Below are positions 44,725-59,725 of a stretch of 64,000 bases of DNA, in pieces. Every line of letters starts with the position of its first letter. Within the stretch, counting starts at the first letter, position 1. The DNA lies in contig OX597841.1 in assembly GCA_951406725.2 (NCBI GenBank), positions 14,880,001 to 14,944,000 on the forward strand, written 5' to 3'. The translations under genes and the position numbers were made by a program. Source of the stretch: Octopus vulgaris. Lineage: Eukaryota. The notes under the pieces are model-generated. The model was not told the DNA's origin. It was given only the letters and a program-made list of their open reading frames with translations, and ran no database searches.

Positions 44725-45089
44725 GTAAGTTGATTTTACGTTTAACCGTATACCCACCCGACTTAGTCCTTTTCTCACCCCATTCCGATTTTTGTTTATT
44801 CCTAACTTTGAGGGAAAATTGTTATTTTTTTAATGAAATTTTCTAAGAAATATTTCGTTTTGGGATTTGGTTTGCAAAGATTCTTTATGTGAGTTCGTGT
44901 GTTGAAGCATATTCTGTGGTGTCTGGGGAGAGTCATTTTATTTTTGTGCCTTATTATGTAACACATTCACCGGTAAAATTTACACTTTTTTCTTATTTTT
45001 ATTTTCCTAAAATTTTCGTTACGTTTTGCAACCTTTTCAAGAGTCAAGATTCTTACATTATAAGAAAATGACTCTCCCCGGACACAACA

Positions 45090-45163
<74 letters not shown>

Positions 45164-45165
<2 letters not shown>

Positions 45166-48132
45166 CTTAGAATAACTTAGAAAGGTTTTGGCCAGTATTG
45201 GCCCAGGCCATGTCTAACTTAATAGCACCACCTGGCGAAGTCTTTCAGTTCAGGATTTGGGCACCAAGGCCCATTCGAGCAGAGAGTTATTGTTTGCGGA
45301 GACATATCCGGGTGTGGGTGGTTTGTCCGGTACTGTTTGAAAGAATTTGTCCAAAGACTTCTTGAATTTTGTGTGGTCAGTTTCTTTTTTGACGTGTCCT
45401 GGTGTAATGTTGAAGAGAGCGGGTCCAATTGAGGTGAAATAGTTGTGCCGTATTGTCGTTATGTGATGCGATTTAGATTTTTGTTGTGGACGGATGGCAT
45501 GTGGTCCAAGCCTTGGATGTATTTTGAAGGTGATGCCAACATCATTCGGACAGTGCTGATGGAATATTTTCCACATCATACAGATAATGTAGCGTTCACG
45601 GCATCGTTGGAGTGAATATAATTTCAGCTTCTCTAGTCTACCCCAGTAGTCAAGGTCTGACATGCCATCTATCTTTTTTGTGATTGACCTTTGGGGAGCT
45701 TCAATTCTCATAATATTTTGTTTTGTGTAGGGAGACCACAGTGGACAGCAGTATTCAAGGTGGGGTCGGGCAAAAGTGGAGAAGAGAAGGATAATAGCGT
45801 GGGAATCTCTCGACTGGAAGGTTCTGAGAATCCAGGAACACATTCTGCGGGCCATGTCAACTTTGCTGCTTATATGTTTAGCCCAGCTTATGTTGTTGTC
45901 CACTGTTACTCCCAAGTCTCTGATGTTGTTGGATGCCATGAGAATTTCTCCAGAAGGAAGAGAGTATGGGAGTTTCAGAGCGTCCTCCCTTCCAAAGTGG
46001 ATCAGTTCGAATTTGTCTTCATTTAGCAACATGTTATTCTTTTCCGCCCATTGGACAACAGCCAGTAGGTCTGACTGAAGGTTTATTCGGTCATCCACGC
46101 CATTGATGACCTTCTGGAGCTTGGAATCATCAGCGAAGGTTCTGATGTTACCGTGTTTGATGGTGTCAGTAATATCATTTATGTAGATGGTGAAGAGAAG
46201 TGGGCCCAACACAGTGCCTTGTGGTACACCACTGCTGACTTTGGCTGGGCTGGATTTGACTCCTTCGACTACAACATGTTGGGTTCTGTTAGACAGGAAG
46301 CACTTGATCCACTGCAGCAGCTTTCCAGTGACACCAATATTGGACAGCTTTCTCAGAAGGATCTTATGATCAACCCTGTCAAAGGCCTTGCTGAAATCAA
46401 GGTAGATGACATCAGTGTTGGAACCTTCTCCCAAGGCTCTCAAAATGTCATCAAAATGATGCAGTAGCTGTGTCAGGCAATCTCTCCCATTATGGAATCC
46501 ATGCTGGTTGGGGTTCAGCATATTATGACTCTCAAGGAAGTGAGTCATACGCGATCTCAGCACCCTCTCAAATACCTTGATGATATGAGAGGTGAGTGAG
46601 ATTGGACGGTAATTCACGGCAAGCGATTTGTTTCCTTTTTTGAAAACTGGGACAACAGACTGGGATAGAAGGTCCTCTGGTATATATCCAGCATCCAGTG
46701 AATTCCGCCACAGATTGGCTAGAGGGGGTGCAAGTTGGTTTTGACTCATCTTCAAGACACAAGCAGGGAACCTATCGGGACCTACTGCTGAATTATGCTT
46801 CATTTCCTTTATTGCTGCTAAGACATCAGGAGCGCCAAATGTTATGTCCGATAAAGTGTATTGGGGAGTAACATCACTGATACAGCCCAGATCAGTCATA
46901 TCAGGATTGCTGAAAACAGAGCAATATTGTTTCTGCAATATCTCTCCCATGGTTTTGGCATTGTCTTGAAGAGTACCATTTTCATCAATCAGAGGGCCAA
47001 CAGTAGAACCAGTGACTCTGTGTTTTTTTTGTAAATGAAAAGAACACTTTGGGATTGAGTTTGATCTTCTCAATGGCCCTGGCCTCTTCAGCTCTTCGCT
47101 GACTATTGATGATAGACATCATGTTGTTTTGGAGTTTATGTTTTTTAATCTCTAGCGACGAGATGGCAGTCAGGTTGGTGTGTTGCTGTTGACAGTATTT
47201 CAGCATGTTGATCTTTTTGTTAATTCTTTTAATTTTCCTTATGAGAGATTTTCTATTTCTAGGGATTCGACACTTAGATTTGTTTGCAGATCATAATGGG
47301 GTGTGTCTTGCACATATGTTCGTGATGGTATCTACAAGTGACTTCCAGGACTTTTTGATGTTAGTGGGTGTGTATGTGTGCGTGAAGGACAGTCAACCCG
47401 GGGAAGGTTGAAGTCTCCCATCATTAAAATGTTGTCAGGTTGACACTGCTGAATGAAACACTTTATGCTGTTGAGGCATTCCTTGAAGCATGGTAGGAGC
47501 GTTTGGGGTGGTCTGTAGAGCCCAACTACTGTTAAGTTGTTGGTTTGACTGAATACAGCGACTGCTTCGCAGTATCCATTGGAAAATATGTTCATGGCTT
47601 CTGTTGAGAATGAATCATGGACATAAATGGCAGTCCCACCCTTTCTTCTGCCAGCACGATCAGCACGAATGGTTTTGAAATTTTTAACTTTCACCTCGGC
47701 TTCCAAGTGGAGGTCACTAAGATGGGTTTCAGTGAGGACGAAGAAAGGAATGTGATTTGGATGGGCCTCGACCCAGTCCTCCAGGAATCTTATCTTCCAT
47801 TTTTGTGTATTGTTGGAAGGGCTGATGCCTTGGGCATTAAGCAGAAATGTTGAGGCGAGAGTGGATGGTTTTAATTGTTTTGGTGATTTGTTTATTTGAT
47901 TGCTTTTTAATGGCATGTGCAGTGGGGTAATAGTGGTGGATGGTGGTGGGTGATAGCTCGGATGTTTTTTTCCAGTTCTTTTGCTAGATTCATTATAGCT
48001 AAAAAAGAGGAAGAAGAGGTGGTTTCCTGTCTAGGGAACTGTAGGTGACTGTGGTTGTGGTTATTTTTATATGAGTGGTTATCTTTAAATGTCCGACGAG
48101 TCCCCGGGAGATGGGTAAAGGGGCAATCCCTG
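45164..48132 (-). mobile_element. non-LTR retrotransposon (CR1/L2-group LINE), APE endonuclease + RT, disrupted
   Basis: ORF 47332-47916 has APE motifs (LTETHL, GGTAIYV, GLYRPP, MGDFN). ORF 45250-47073 has RT motifs (NYRPISLTS, YLDFSKAFD, GVPQGTVLGPLLF, FADD, RPHLEYC). Short tandem tail (CTAAGTTATT) at the 3' end; flanked by (TA)n; absent from copy 1. Confidence 0.9.
45250..47030 (-). pseudogene. LINE ORF2 reverse transcriptase portion
   Basis: About 590 uninterrupted codons of RT and C-terminal domain. Joined to the upstream frame (46985-47206) only by a frameshift in the T-run near 47023-47030. Confidence 0.8.
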
Positions 48133-48326
<194 letters not shown>

Positions 48327-48566
48327 GAAAGAATGGAGTCGAACGAATATTTTAACAAAATTCCTTTACTCTCGACACATGTTTCGAAGACTGCATACTC
48401 TTAATTCTGAAGGAATAAAAGGTGCATTATGCCGTCTTCTCCCCAGGAAAGACAAGGAACCTCTATCAGCCTCAAGACGAACAAAAACTTTTTGATGACT
48501 GCCTACACTGTGTTCACAGTAATAATTATCAATGTGGACACAATGTAGGCAGTCATCAAAAGTATA

Positions 48567-48621
<55 letters not shown>

Positions 48622-49210
48622 TTTACTTGTTTCAGTCATTTGATTGCGGCCATGCTGGAGCACCGCCTTTATTATTATTATTGTATATATAACATAATGC
48701 AAACGTGGCTTAGTGGTTAGGGGTGTCAGCATCATGATCGTAAGATTGTGGTTTCGATTCCTGGACCGGGCGACGCGTTGGGTTCTTAAGCACAACACGT
48801 TGCTCCAGTCAGCTGGCAAAAATGAGTAACGCTGTCCAGCCATCCTTGGTGTTCACCTGGAGCAGCTGTAAACTCCGAGTACCTGCTCAGTTCTTCATCT
48901 AACCTCATCATTACTTGCCATTCCATATACTCTGGATATACTCATTTCCTCCCCGCCCCCTTAATAGATGTTGTCTAATTGACAAAATGCAGTACTCAAA
49001 GGCCGTCTGATAAAACTCCGAGTTTCGGATGCCGAGGTGGAAATCCACGCTGCCATTTCTTCAGTTATCCGGCCATCGGAAAAATACTATGAAAAAAAAA
49101 AGGAGTTTTATCATGGCTACCGAATAATTGTCGCATATTACATTTACAGATAAATTCCTCTTTTTACATAATATTGAGGTCTCTTTCATTCTTTTGTTGT
49201 CTTACCATTT

Positions 49211-49342
<132 letters not shown>

Positions 49343-49411
49343 CGAAAAGAAAAGCTCTGCATTTGTATTTGTCCCCTCTGTATTCAGCCCTGTGTGGCTA
49401 ATAAAAGAAAG

Positions 49412-49473
<62 letters not shown>

Positions 49474-49483
49474 GTCTGTCTGT

Positions 49484-49595
<112 letters not shown>

Positions 49596-49608
49596 GTCTC
49601 TCTATCTG

Positions 49609-49755
<147 letters not shown>

Positions 49756-49920
49756 ATTTAATTTTATTTCTATGTTTTGGTTTGTGTTTTTCACTGTTTG
49801 ATTTGCCTAATAGTGGTTTTATCTCTAATTTAATATATATATATTTATACTGTAAAATTAGATTTAATCCTAAATCTAATTTTTCCCTGTAAGTTTGGAT
49901 TTACTCCCTATTATTATTAT

Positions 49921-49997
<77 letters not shown>

Positions 49998-50209
49998 TTA
50001 TGAGATTTGATAGTGTCAAGAAGACCCAAATGTGTTAAATAATACTCAGTAAGTGCTATGGACAGGAATTATGCGATTAGGATGCCGGAAATAACATCCA
50101 CATCTTTTGTGCTTGGTAATGAAATGTATACAAGAGGAAGTTAAGGGGAAACCGGAAGGGAGCCGGCTAAAGTATGTTGTTTATTCAGGAAACTTATCTT
50201 TATGGCAGA

Positions 50210-50722
50210 CTAGCAGTATCGCCCGGCGTTGCTCGGGTTTGTAAGGGAAATAACTATATAAGCATTTTTAGAGAGTTACTTCCCTTATAGATGCCAATTC
50301 GGGCTTTCTTAGCCATTTCTGTTTTGGTGTCTTCAAGCCAAGAAGTCGTTGTTCTAAAAGAACGCTGGTCTCCTTGACAACGCTTTACGACGTTGATTTC
50401 CTTACACTCCCTTCCCCACAGCTTCACGAGGGAGGGAAGAAGGGGGAGAAGCAAACAGGTGCAGGTGTGACCATGGACGCCAACTCCGCCGCCATCGACA
50501 CACGAAAAAATATGCATTAAAATGGAATAAAAAATGATGTTAAATTATTTTTAAAATCGTAGACTCATCGTAGACGCGCGCTAATACTCAGACGGGCTCG
50601 ATATGAATCACGACTATAAGATACCCGAATTTGGTTAAACTACACCGCAAAATGTGGGAGTAGTTAGGAATCTAAATCGAAGGGGACAGATACTCACACA
50701 ACTACAGTTTTATATATATAGA
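50210..50722 (-). mobile_element. Helitron family B (copy 2 only)
   Basis: Inserted at TATGGCAGA|TAAAACGCC; the empty site is intact at about 14610-14628 in copy 1; no TSD. Confidence 0.85.
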
Positions 50723-51135
50723 TAAAACGCCAACTTCAATTAGATCGTTATAATCTGACAATATTATATCAAACACACCTCTGGACGTGTGTGTGGTGTG
50801 TGTGTGTGCGCGATAAGAATCTGTGCGTCGAACAAAACTATGTTTGTTGTACTTAACCTCTTTGAATATCTCGCATTAAACTTTGATAATGATAATGAAG
50901 GTTTAAAGTTTTGCCGCGAGGGCAGCCGCTCTGGCGGGTGGGGGATGGGGGGGGGACGGAAGGATTAAGTCGATTGCGTCGACTCCAGTACGTAACTGGT
51001 ACTTAATTTATCGACCCCGAAAAGATGGAAGGCAAAGTCGACCTCGGCGGAATTTGAACTCAGAACGTAGCAACGAACGAAATACCGCTAAGCACTTCGT
51101 CCAGCGTGTTAACGATTCTGCCATCTCGACGCCTC

Positions 51136-51305
<170 letters not shown>

Positions 51306-51367
51306 TAATAATAATGATAATATTAATAATAATAATAATAATGATAATAATAATAATAATAATAATG

Positions 51368-51406
<39 letters not shown>

Positions 51407-51589
51407 TTAATAATAATAATAATGATAATAATAATAATAATAAAGAATGAGATCTCGATATTAGAGAAATGGATGATTATTTATAAATGTTATAAATTAG
51501 AACAAATAGTAAAAAGTTGTCATAATAGTACTCGGTGTTTCGAATGCCGGAGCGAAGAGCAACGATACATTCTCGTGGGCCATTACTCT

Positions 51590-52000
51590 CTTTACTCTTT
51601 TACTCTTTTACTTGTTTCAGTCATTTGACTGCGGCCATGCGGGAGCACCGCCTTTAGTCGAGCAAATCGACCCCGGGACTTATTCTTTGTAAGCCCAGTA
51701 CTTATTCTATCGGTCTCATTTGCCGAACCGCTAAGTGAGGGTGACATAAACACACCAGCATCGGTTGTCAAGCAATGCTAGGGGACAAACACAGACACAC
51801 AAACACACACACACACATATATATATATACATATATACGACAGGCTTCTTTTAGTTTCCGTCTACCAAATCCACTCACAAGGCTTTGGTCGGCCCGGGGC
51901 TATAGCAGAAGACACTTGCCCAAGATGCCACGCAGTGGGACTGAACCCGGAACCATGTGGTTGGTAAGCAAGCTACTTACCACACACCCACTCCTACGCC
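51590..52000 (-). mobile_element. SINE family 1
   Basis: Counterpart of 19221-19548. Confidence 0.8.
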
Positions 52001-52762
52001 TATTAATGGCAAGAGACGCAACGAAAAACCGTTAAATATAAGGGAAGTAACTCTAACAGGCGGAAAGAGGAAAAAGAAAAAATGTTATACACACACACAC
52101 AGAGTTGCATATCTGTCTATGTATTTATGTCTGTTCGGTGGTTAGGGCAGCAGACTCGCGGTTTCGATTCCCAGACCGGGCGTTGTGAGTGTTTTTTGGG
52201 AAATAATGTTTATTTTTCTATACGTCAACTGAAAAGTTTTCTCCCCACTATTTTTTTTTATTGCAAAGCCTTTGATCAGATCCTCACCATCACACCATAA
52301 ATATTTTGAAATTATATTCTTGATCATACAAATCACTTCGAATATTATTTCAGCAAGTTTCAAGTGATTTCTTTTGTACTGTAAACCTTTTACCATTTCT
52401 GTGGTGCCCCACCACTTTACCTTGATGTTCTAAACACATGCTTATTTTGCTAAATGGTTAATCCTTTGACCAGATCCTCAAAATTAATCTTATGTAACTC
52501 ACCTATTCTTAATAAAGATAAAGCACCCCAAATATTCTTTTCTACTCTAGGCACAAGGCCAGAAATTTTGGGGAAGGGACCCAGCCGAATAGATCAACCC
52601 CAGTACGCAACTGGTACTAAATTTATTGACATCGAAAGGATGAAAGGCAAAGTCAACCTCGGCGGAATTTGAACTCAGAACGTAAAGACAGACGAAATAC
52701 TGCTAAGCATTTCGCCCGGCGTGCTAACGTTCCTGCCAGCTCGCCGCCTTAAATTCCCCAAA

Positions 52763-53062
52763 TCTTTATATATAAAAGTGAAGTTGAGTGAGTGTCTGTC
52801 TCCTACGATTTAGATTCCTAACTACTCCCACATTTTGCGGTGCAGTTTAACCAAAAGCGGGTATCTTATAGTCGTGATTCATATCGAGGCCTTCTGGGTA
52901 TTAGCGCGCGTCTACGATGAGTCAACGATTAAAAAAAAAATTACCATTATTTTTTCCCATTTTTAATGCATTTTTTTGCTATTATATAAGGAAGTAACTC
53001 TCTAAAATGCTTATATAGTTATTTCCCTTACAAACCCGAGCAACGCCGGGCGATACTGCTAG
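52763..53062 (+). mobile_element. Helitron family B (shared with copy 1)
   Basis: Same position and flanks as 20313-20613. Confidence 0.75.
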
Positions 53063-53245
53063 TATTATTTAAACAAGTTTCAAGTGATTTCGTTTGTGCC
53101 GTAAACCATTTACTATTTCTGTGGCGCCGCATCTCCCCGTTCCCCCCCCGATCCTTTAAACACGCGATTATTTCACTTAATCCTTAATCCTTAATCCACT
53201 GGTTCCCTTTCTTTTTCTTTTTCTTTTTTTACAGATTACAGCAAG

Positions 53246-53398
53246 ATGTCAAAGTGCGCGATACCTTGCCTGTTACTATTTTTTATCGTCATAATTGTGA
53301 AAGCTGATATATACCTGCACAACCCCCGAGGCTCAAACAACAGACTCAACGAGAACACCGCGGGGCGTAGGAACGCCAATCGCCTCTTTGATTCTCAG
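53246..53398 (+). CDS. DD3-3-like copy 2, coding exon 1
   Basis: Identical to 20798-20950. Confidence 0.9.
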
Positions 53399-53527
53399 GT
53401 AAATTAAATTTCACCGCACATCACCTCCTGTTACGCAAAATATATTTTTTCCCTTTTATTTTCACTGTTTTACTTGTTTCAATCATTTGACTGTGGCTAT
53501 GCTGGAGCACCACATTTAGTCGCATTT

Positions 53528-53900
53528 CTTGTAAAATTTCTATGAAAATTTCTACTAAAATTTCTGGTAAAATTTCTGGCAAAATTTCTAGCAAAATTTC
53601 TAACAAAATTTCTAACAAAATTTCTAGCAAAATTTCTAACAAAATTTGTAACAAAATTTCTAGCAGAATTTCTGGGAAAATTTCTAGCAAAATTTCTGGT
53701 AAAATTTCTAGCAAAATTTCTAGCAAAATTTCTAGCAAAATTTCTAGCAAAATTTCTAACAAAATTTCTAACAAAATTTCTAGCAAAATTTCTGGTAAAA
53801 TTTCTATCAAAATTTCTAGCAAAATTTCTAGCAAAATTTCTGGTAAAATTTCTAGCAAAATTTCTAGCAAAATTTCTATTCAAATTTCTTGTAAAATTTC
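53528..53900 (+). repeat. 12-bp minisatellite (AAAATTTCTAGC)n
   Basis: Direct inspection; a few more units than copy 1. Confidence 0.95.
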
Positions 53901-53990
53901 TTGCCCCTGCTTCAGTTCTTTGAAATTCATGCTTGCCCTTGAGGCAGAAAACAAATGGCTAACTACCGAAATACTTTTTCTTTCGTTTAG

Positions 53991-54068
53991 AATAACAACA
54001 ATGGTGGTTATAACGTTGGAGATCGAAAAGCTAAAGCAGCGTGGAAGGAGTCAGATCAATATCAAATG
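53991..54068 (+). CDS. DD3-3-like copy 2, coding exon 2
   Basis: NNNNGGYNVGDRKAKAAWKESDQYQM; AG/GT flanks as in copy 1. Confidence 0.88.
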
Positions 54069-54157
54069 GTAAGGACTCGCGGTCGAGGGATCGCGGTTCG
54101 AATCTCAGATAAAAAACAGAAATAAAAACATACAATGTAATATGTTTTATTTCTTTC

Positions 54158-54199
<42 letters not shown>

Positions 54200-54229
54200 G
54201 TCTTTCTTTTCTTTCTTCTGTCTTTCTTT

Positions 54230-54267
<38 letters not shown>

Positions 54268-54743
54268 TTTTCGTCTTTCCTTTCTTTCTCTCCTTTCTTT
54301 CTTTCTTCCTTCCTTCCTTCCTTCCTTCTTTCTGTCTTTCTTTCTTTCTTTTTTTTCTTTCTTTCTTTCTTTCTTTCTTCCCTTTCGTCTTTCCTTTCTT
54401 TCTCTCCTTCCTTCCTTCCTTTCTTCCTTCCTTCCTTCCTTCTTCCTTCCTTCCTTCCTTCTTTCTGCCTTTCTTTCTTTCCTCCTTTCTTTCTTTCTTT
54501 CTTTCTTTCTTTCCTTCCTTCATTGTTTCTTAGTTTCTTTTTTTCTTCCTTTCTTCCTTTTCTTCCTTCTTTCTTTCTTTCTTTCTTTCTTTCCTTCCTT
54601 CTTTCTTTCCTTCCTTCCTTCTTTCTTTCTTTCTTTCTTCCTTTCCTTTTTTCCTTTTTTTCTTCCTTTCTTTCTTTCTTTATTTTTTCTTCCTTTCTTT
54701 CTTTCTTTCCTTCCTTCCTTCCTTCCTTCCTTCCTTCCTTCCT

Positions 54744-54774
<31 letters not shown>

Positions 54775-54933
54775 CTCCTTCCTTCCTTCCTTCCTTCATT
54801 CCTTCCTCCCCCTCTCTCCTTTTCACCCCCTCTCTTTCTCTCCTTCCTTTCCTTCCTTCCTACCTTCCTCCCCCCTCTCTCCCTTCCCCCCTCTCTTTCT
54901 CTCATTCAATTATTCATTCTGTTATCATTTCAG

Positions 54934-55102
54934 AAATACTTCCAAAGCAGTGCCGCATCAGCAGGAGGATCAAAACAGGGTCGAAGCATCCTGAAGCTGG
55001 AATGGACCAATCAACATGGGTGTGGTATTACCAATGACACCAACCCTTCCAAGAGACAATGCAACATAGTATTACAGTACATGTGTCAGAAGTTAATCGT
55101 AG
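54934..55102 (+). CDS. DD3-3-like copy 2, coding exon 3
   Basis: Same protein as copy 1 with 2 silent changes; 169 nt. Confidence 0.88.
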
Positions 55103-55867
55103 GTCAGTTGGTTTATTTTCTTCTTTTATTCTATTCATTTTTGGTGTCTTGGGAGGGTCATTATGCTAGTAATAACACATGCAATGGTTGTGTTTCACTT
55201 CTTTAATTATTACACTGTGTAACCAGATTTTTTTGTTTGTCCCTTGGGTAGCAGTTACTATTCGCTCACCCCTAGAAACTATGAAAGATGGCTAATATTT
55301 CCTACAAATATTGCTCTTGTTACATTTAAGCACCCCCCCCCCCCAATCCCTCTCAACACATGGCTATGATGCTCCCCCACTACTCCTGCTCTTGATTAGA
55401 GATGCACATATTGTCAGCCACTAAGGGACATGCTCAAGTGATTAAGGTCAAGCAAGTGACAAACAAATTTGTAGTATTGAGCAGAATATTTGCTATAATG
55501 ATATTTCTGGTTCAGCAACTCAGCACTAAATTTGTCTGAAATGTAATGGAAAATAGGTCAGTTTGAAAACATTGATGTCCAGGTGACAAAAGCAAAATGT
55601 GAAGGGGATAGTAGTCATTTCCTTTGATTTCTAGATAGAAATAGGAAATAGGAAATAGTACATACTGGCCAAAGGCAACCAGCAAATCCATAACGATATT
55701 TATGCTTCAGCAACTCAGCCTTGAATCAGTCTAAAATGTAATGGAAAATAGGTCGGTTTCAAAGCATTGTCGCAGTTCAATGACTGAGACAAGATATGAT
55801 TTGAGATCGATCTATCGATTTTCCAAAAGTCAATAATTGGATAATCTATCATTGATTTATATTGCAG

Positions 55868-56050
55868 AAAATCCCCTTGATCGGCTAAGAGATGGCACGA
55901 ATTCGTATTCGCAAAAATACACCTACAGAAACGGTTATCCAGCAAACCTGAAAGCCTACAATAAGGACAAGAAAATCCTATATACGGATCGCGGTCTACA
56001 CGAGAATTGGGACTGGTACGATAAGTGCATGCAACGGGAACAAAACGGAG
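55868..56050 (+). CDS. DD3-3-like copy 2, coding exon 4 (hypervariable)
   Basis: ENPLDRLRDGTNSYSQKYTYRNGYPANLKAYNKDKKILYTDRGLHENWDWYDKCMQREQNG; 183 nt. Confidence 0.88.
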
Positions 56051-56940
56051 GTGAGTCGTGAAGGGTTCCCCAGTCGTCATCGTCATCACCATCGTCATCA
56101 CCATCCTCCTCTTCCTCCTCCCCACATCACCATCATACTCTTCCTAACCACCGCCACCACCATCCTCAAACTACTCCTTCACATTCCCCCTCTCCTCTTC
56201 AGCATCATCCCCTTATTCTACTCCTCCTCCTCCTCCTCCTCCTCCCCCTCCTCCACACCATGCTCCTCCTCCTCTTCCTCCACCCCTCCTCCTCTGCCTC
56301 ATCACCACCATCACCATACACCTTCCTTTCTCCTCCTCCTCCTCTTCCTTCTCCTCCTCGTCATCACCATCATTCTTTTCCTCCACCTCCTCCTCCTCCT
56401 CTGCCTCCTCACCACCATCGCCATCCTCCTCACCATCTTCCTCATTAACATCACTCTCCTCGTCGCCGTCATCATAATCCCCTTCCTCTCCTTCTACTCT
56501 TCCTCCTCCCCTCCCCTCCTCCTCCTCGTCTGCTGCCTCACCACGTCGCCGTCATCATTATCCCTTTCCTCTCCCTCTACCCCTCCTTCTCCTCCTACAC
56601 ACCATCCTCCTCCCCTCCCCACCCCCCTCATCACCACCATCGCCCTCTTCTTCCCCCTCCTTCTCATCATCATCGTGACGATGATACTGATGATAATGAT
56701 GATGATGATGACAGAATTAGACTCTCTGCTTTTACTCTTTACTCTCTTTCACCTGTTTCAGCCATTTGACTGCGGCCATGCTGGAGCACCGCCTTTTAGT
56801 CGAGCAAATCGACCGCAAGACCTTATTCTTTTTAAGCCTAGTACTTATTCTATTGGTCTCTTTTGCTGAACCACTAAGTTACGAGGACGTATACACACCA
56901 TCATCGGTCGTCAAGTGATTGTGGTTGTGGTGATGGGGAC

Positions 56941-57055
56941 AAGAATCCCGTACTCCAATATGGGTCTCACCAGCGTGACATAGAGTGGTAGCATCGCTAT
57001 GCCAATCCCATAGCCCCCTTCCAACATAAGGGCAAAAGTAAAGCTACTAAGTTGG
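56941..57055 (-). mobile_element. small CR1/L2 LINE fragment
   Basis: LPLYVTLVRPILEYG motif; copy 2 only. Confidence 0.5.
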
Positions 57056-57274
57056 CTAGCTATGTATGGAATTTGAAAGATAACAAAACACCACATGTGA
57101 TTAAATGCAAAGTAAATGAGAAATCCATACCTTTTGTGAATGGATCAAATGAATGTAGGAAACAAATCCTACATTCATTTGATCCATTCACAAAAGGTAT
57201 GTCCCATAGCAATGCTAGGGGGACAAACACAGGTACACAAACACACACATACACACACACACACATATATATAT

Positions 57275-57318
<44 letters not shown>

Positions 57319-57487
57319 GACGGGCTTCTTTCAGTTTCCGTCTACCAAATCCACTCTCAAGGCATTGGTAGGCCCGGGGCTATAGCAGAAGACACTTGCC
57401 CAAGATGCCACGCAGTGGGACTGAACCCGGAACCATGTGGTTGGTTAGCAAGTTACTTACCACACAGCCACTCCTGCGCAGATTTGT

Positions 57488-57550
<63 letters not shown>

Positions 57551-57786
57551 GGTGCCCCAGCATGGCCACAGCTCATTAGCTGAAACTGGAAAAATCAAAA
57601 TCAAAAATCAAATATATACTAAGGCGCCGTTACGTTCTGAGTTCAAATTCCGCCGGGGTCGACTTTGCCTTTCATGCTTTCGGGGTCGATAAATTAAGTA
57701 CCAGTTACGCACTGGAGTCGATGTAATGGACTTGTTTGTCCCCTCTGTGTTTAGCCCCTTGTGGGTAGTAAAGAAATATATATATA

Positions 57787-58087
57787 CTAGCAGTATCGCC
57801 CGGCGTTGCTCGGGTTTGTAAGGGAAATAACTATATAAGCATTTTTAGAGAGTTACTTCCCTTATATGATAGCAAAAAATGCATTAAAAATGGGAAAAAA
57901 TGATGGTAAATTTTTTTTAAATTGTAGACTCATCGTAGACGCGCGCTAATACCCAGAAGGCCTCGATATGAATCACGACTATAAGATACCCGGTTTTGGT
58001 TAAACTGCACCGCAAAATGTGGGAGTAGTTAGGAATCTAAATCGGAGGAGACAGACACTCACACAACTTCACTTTTATATATAAAGA
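57787..58087 (-). mobile_element. Helitron family B
   Basis: Family-B termini; not seen in the corresponding intron of copy 1. Confidence 0.7.
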
Positions 58088-58296
58088 TATATACCACGGG
58101 CTTCTTTCAGTTTCCGTCTACCAAATCCACTCATAAGTCTTTGTTGGCTTGAGGCTATAGCAGAAGACACTTGCCTAAGCTGCCACGCAGTGGGACTGAA
58201 CCCGGAACCATGTGTTTGGGAAGCAACCTTCTTACCACACCGTCACGCATGCACTTTGGTTATTATAAATGGTTATGTATCTTATCTTCGTGACAG

Positions 58297-58483
58297 GGCT
58301 CTTTACTGCCGACCAAAAGCTAACTGTTAGGAACGGCTATATACGTTCTACCAGCACCCGCCAGAATCCAAATGGGGCCAGAAGTGGCTACGAGTGTCCA
58401 GAGGAGAGGGACTACTACCCTTATTGGCACCCGACACCCTGGATCGATATTGCGGTCTTTGCACAGAAACAAGAAAACTGTCC
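58297..58483 (+). CDS. DD3-3-like copy 2, coding exon 5
   Basis: GLFTADQKL...[29 protein letters not shown]...; 187 nt. Confidence 0.9.
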
Positions 58484-59016
58484 GTGAGTATTCTGCCCCC
58501 GCTTTACCTTGTTGCCGTCAATTAGACTGCGGCCATGCTGGTGCACCGCCTCCAGGAATATTTGGCTGAATGTATGTATGTATGTATGTATGTATTTATG
58601 CATATATGTGTGTACGTGTGTGTGTATGTATGTGTGCATGTATGTATGTATGTATGTATGTATGTATGTATGTGCGTGTATGTATGTGTGTATCTGTGTG
58701 TGTATGTGCGTGTATGTATGTATGTACGTATGTGTGTATGTGTGTGTGTGTATGTGCGTGTGTGTATGTATGTATGTATGTATGTATGTATGTATGTATG
58801 TATGTATGTATGTATGTATGTATGTGCGTGTATGTGTGTGTGTATGTATGTATGTATGTATGTATGTATGTATGTATGTATGTATATATGTATGTATATA
58901 TGTATGTATGTATATATGTATGTATGCATGTATGTATGTATGTATGCATGTGTGCATGTATTTATGTGTGTATGTATGTATATGCAGATTTGTATGTATG
59001 TACGCATCTATGTATA

Positions 59017-59127
<111 letters not shown>

Positions 59128-59679
59128 AGGGTACTACTATTCGTAGATACCAACACGCTAAGAGGGACCAATGCGGTCAAAACTACTAAAAATAAACAAA
59201 ATTTTACCGAATGCAAAACTTCAAAACACATCATTTTAAAAAAGAATTCAGTTACATATCACATGTGATTTCGCATTTAATGCAGAATATGCATTTCATG
59301 TTCATCAGTGCAACAAACTCAAGAAATATAAGAGAAAACATAACATTACAAGCTCGATAGCCAACCGTAGAATTCGTCGTAGCATGTACGAATGTTTATC
59401 TTTACATATCTATGAAAATGGCGTAGTTTTTAGTAGTTTTGACCGCATTGGTCCCTCTTAGCGTGTTGGTATCTACGAATAGTAGTACCCTCAATATAAT
59501 ATCAATGAATATTTTCAAAGAGGAAGAATTTACGGATTTTTTCTCTTACGAGGTTTTTCACGCTGACTACTGATAATTTCTTTTTAAAGATTTTATCCTC
59601 AATTGTTAATATATATATATATATACACACACACACATATCTATATATACACACATGTATACATACATACATACATACA

Positions 59680-59725
<46 letters not shown>

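Noticed and set aside
45250-47073. Intact autonomous LINE or a prokaryote-type RT system (retron, DGR)
   Set aside because: Motifs and the APE partner are those of an ordinary non-LTR element; a frameshift and deletion separate EN from RT and no ORF1 is visible.
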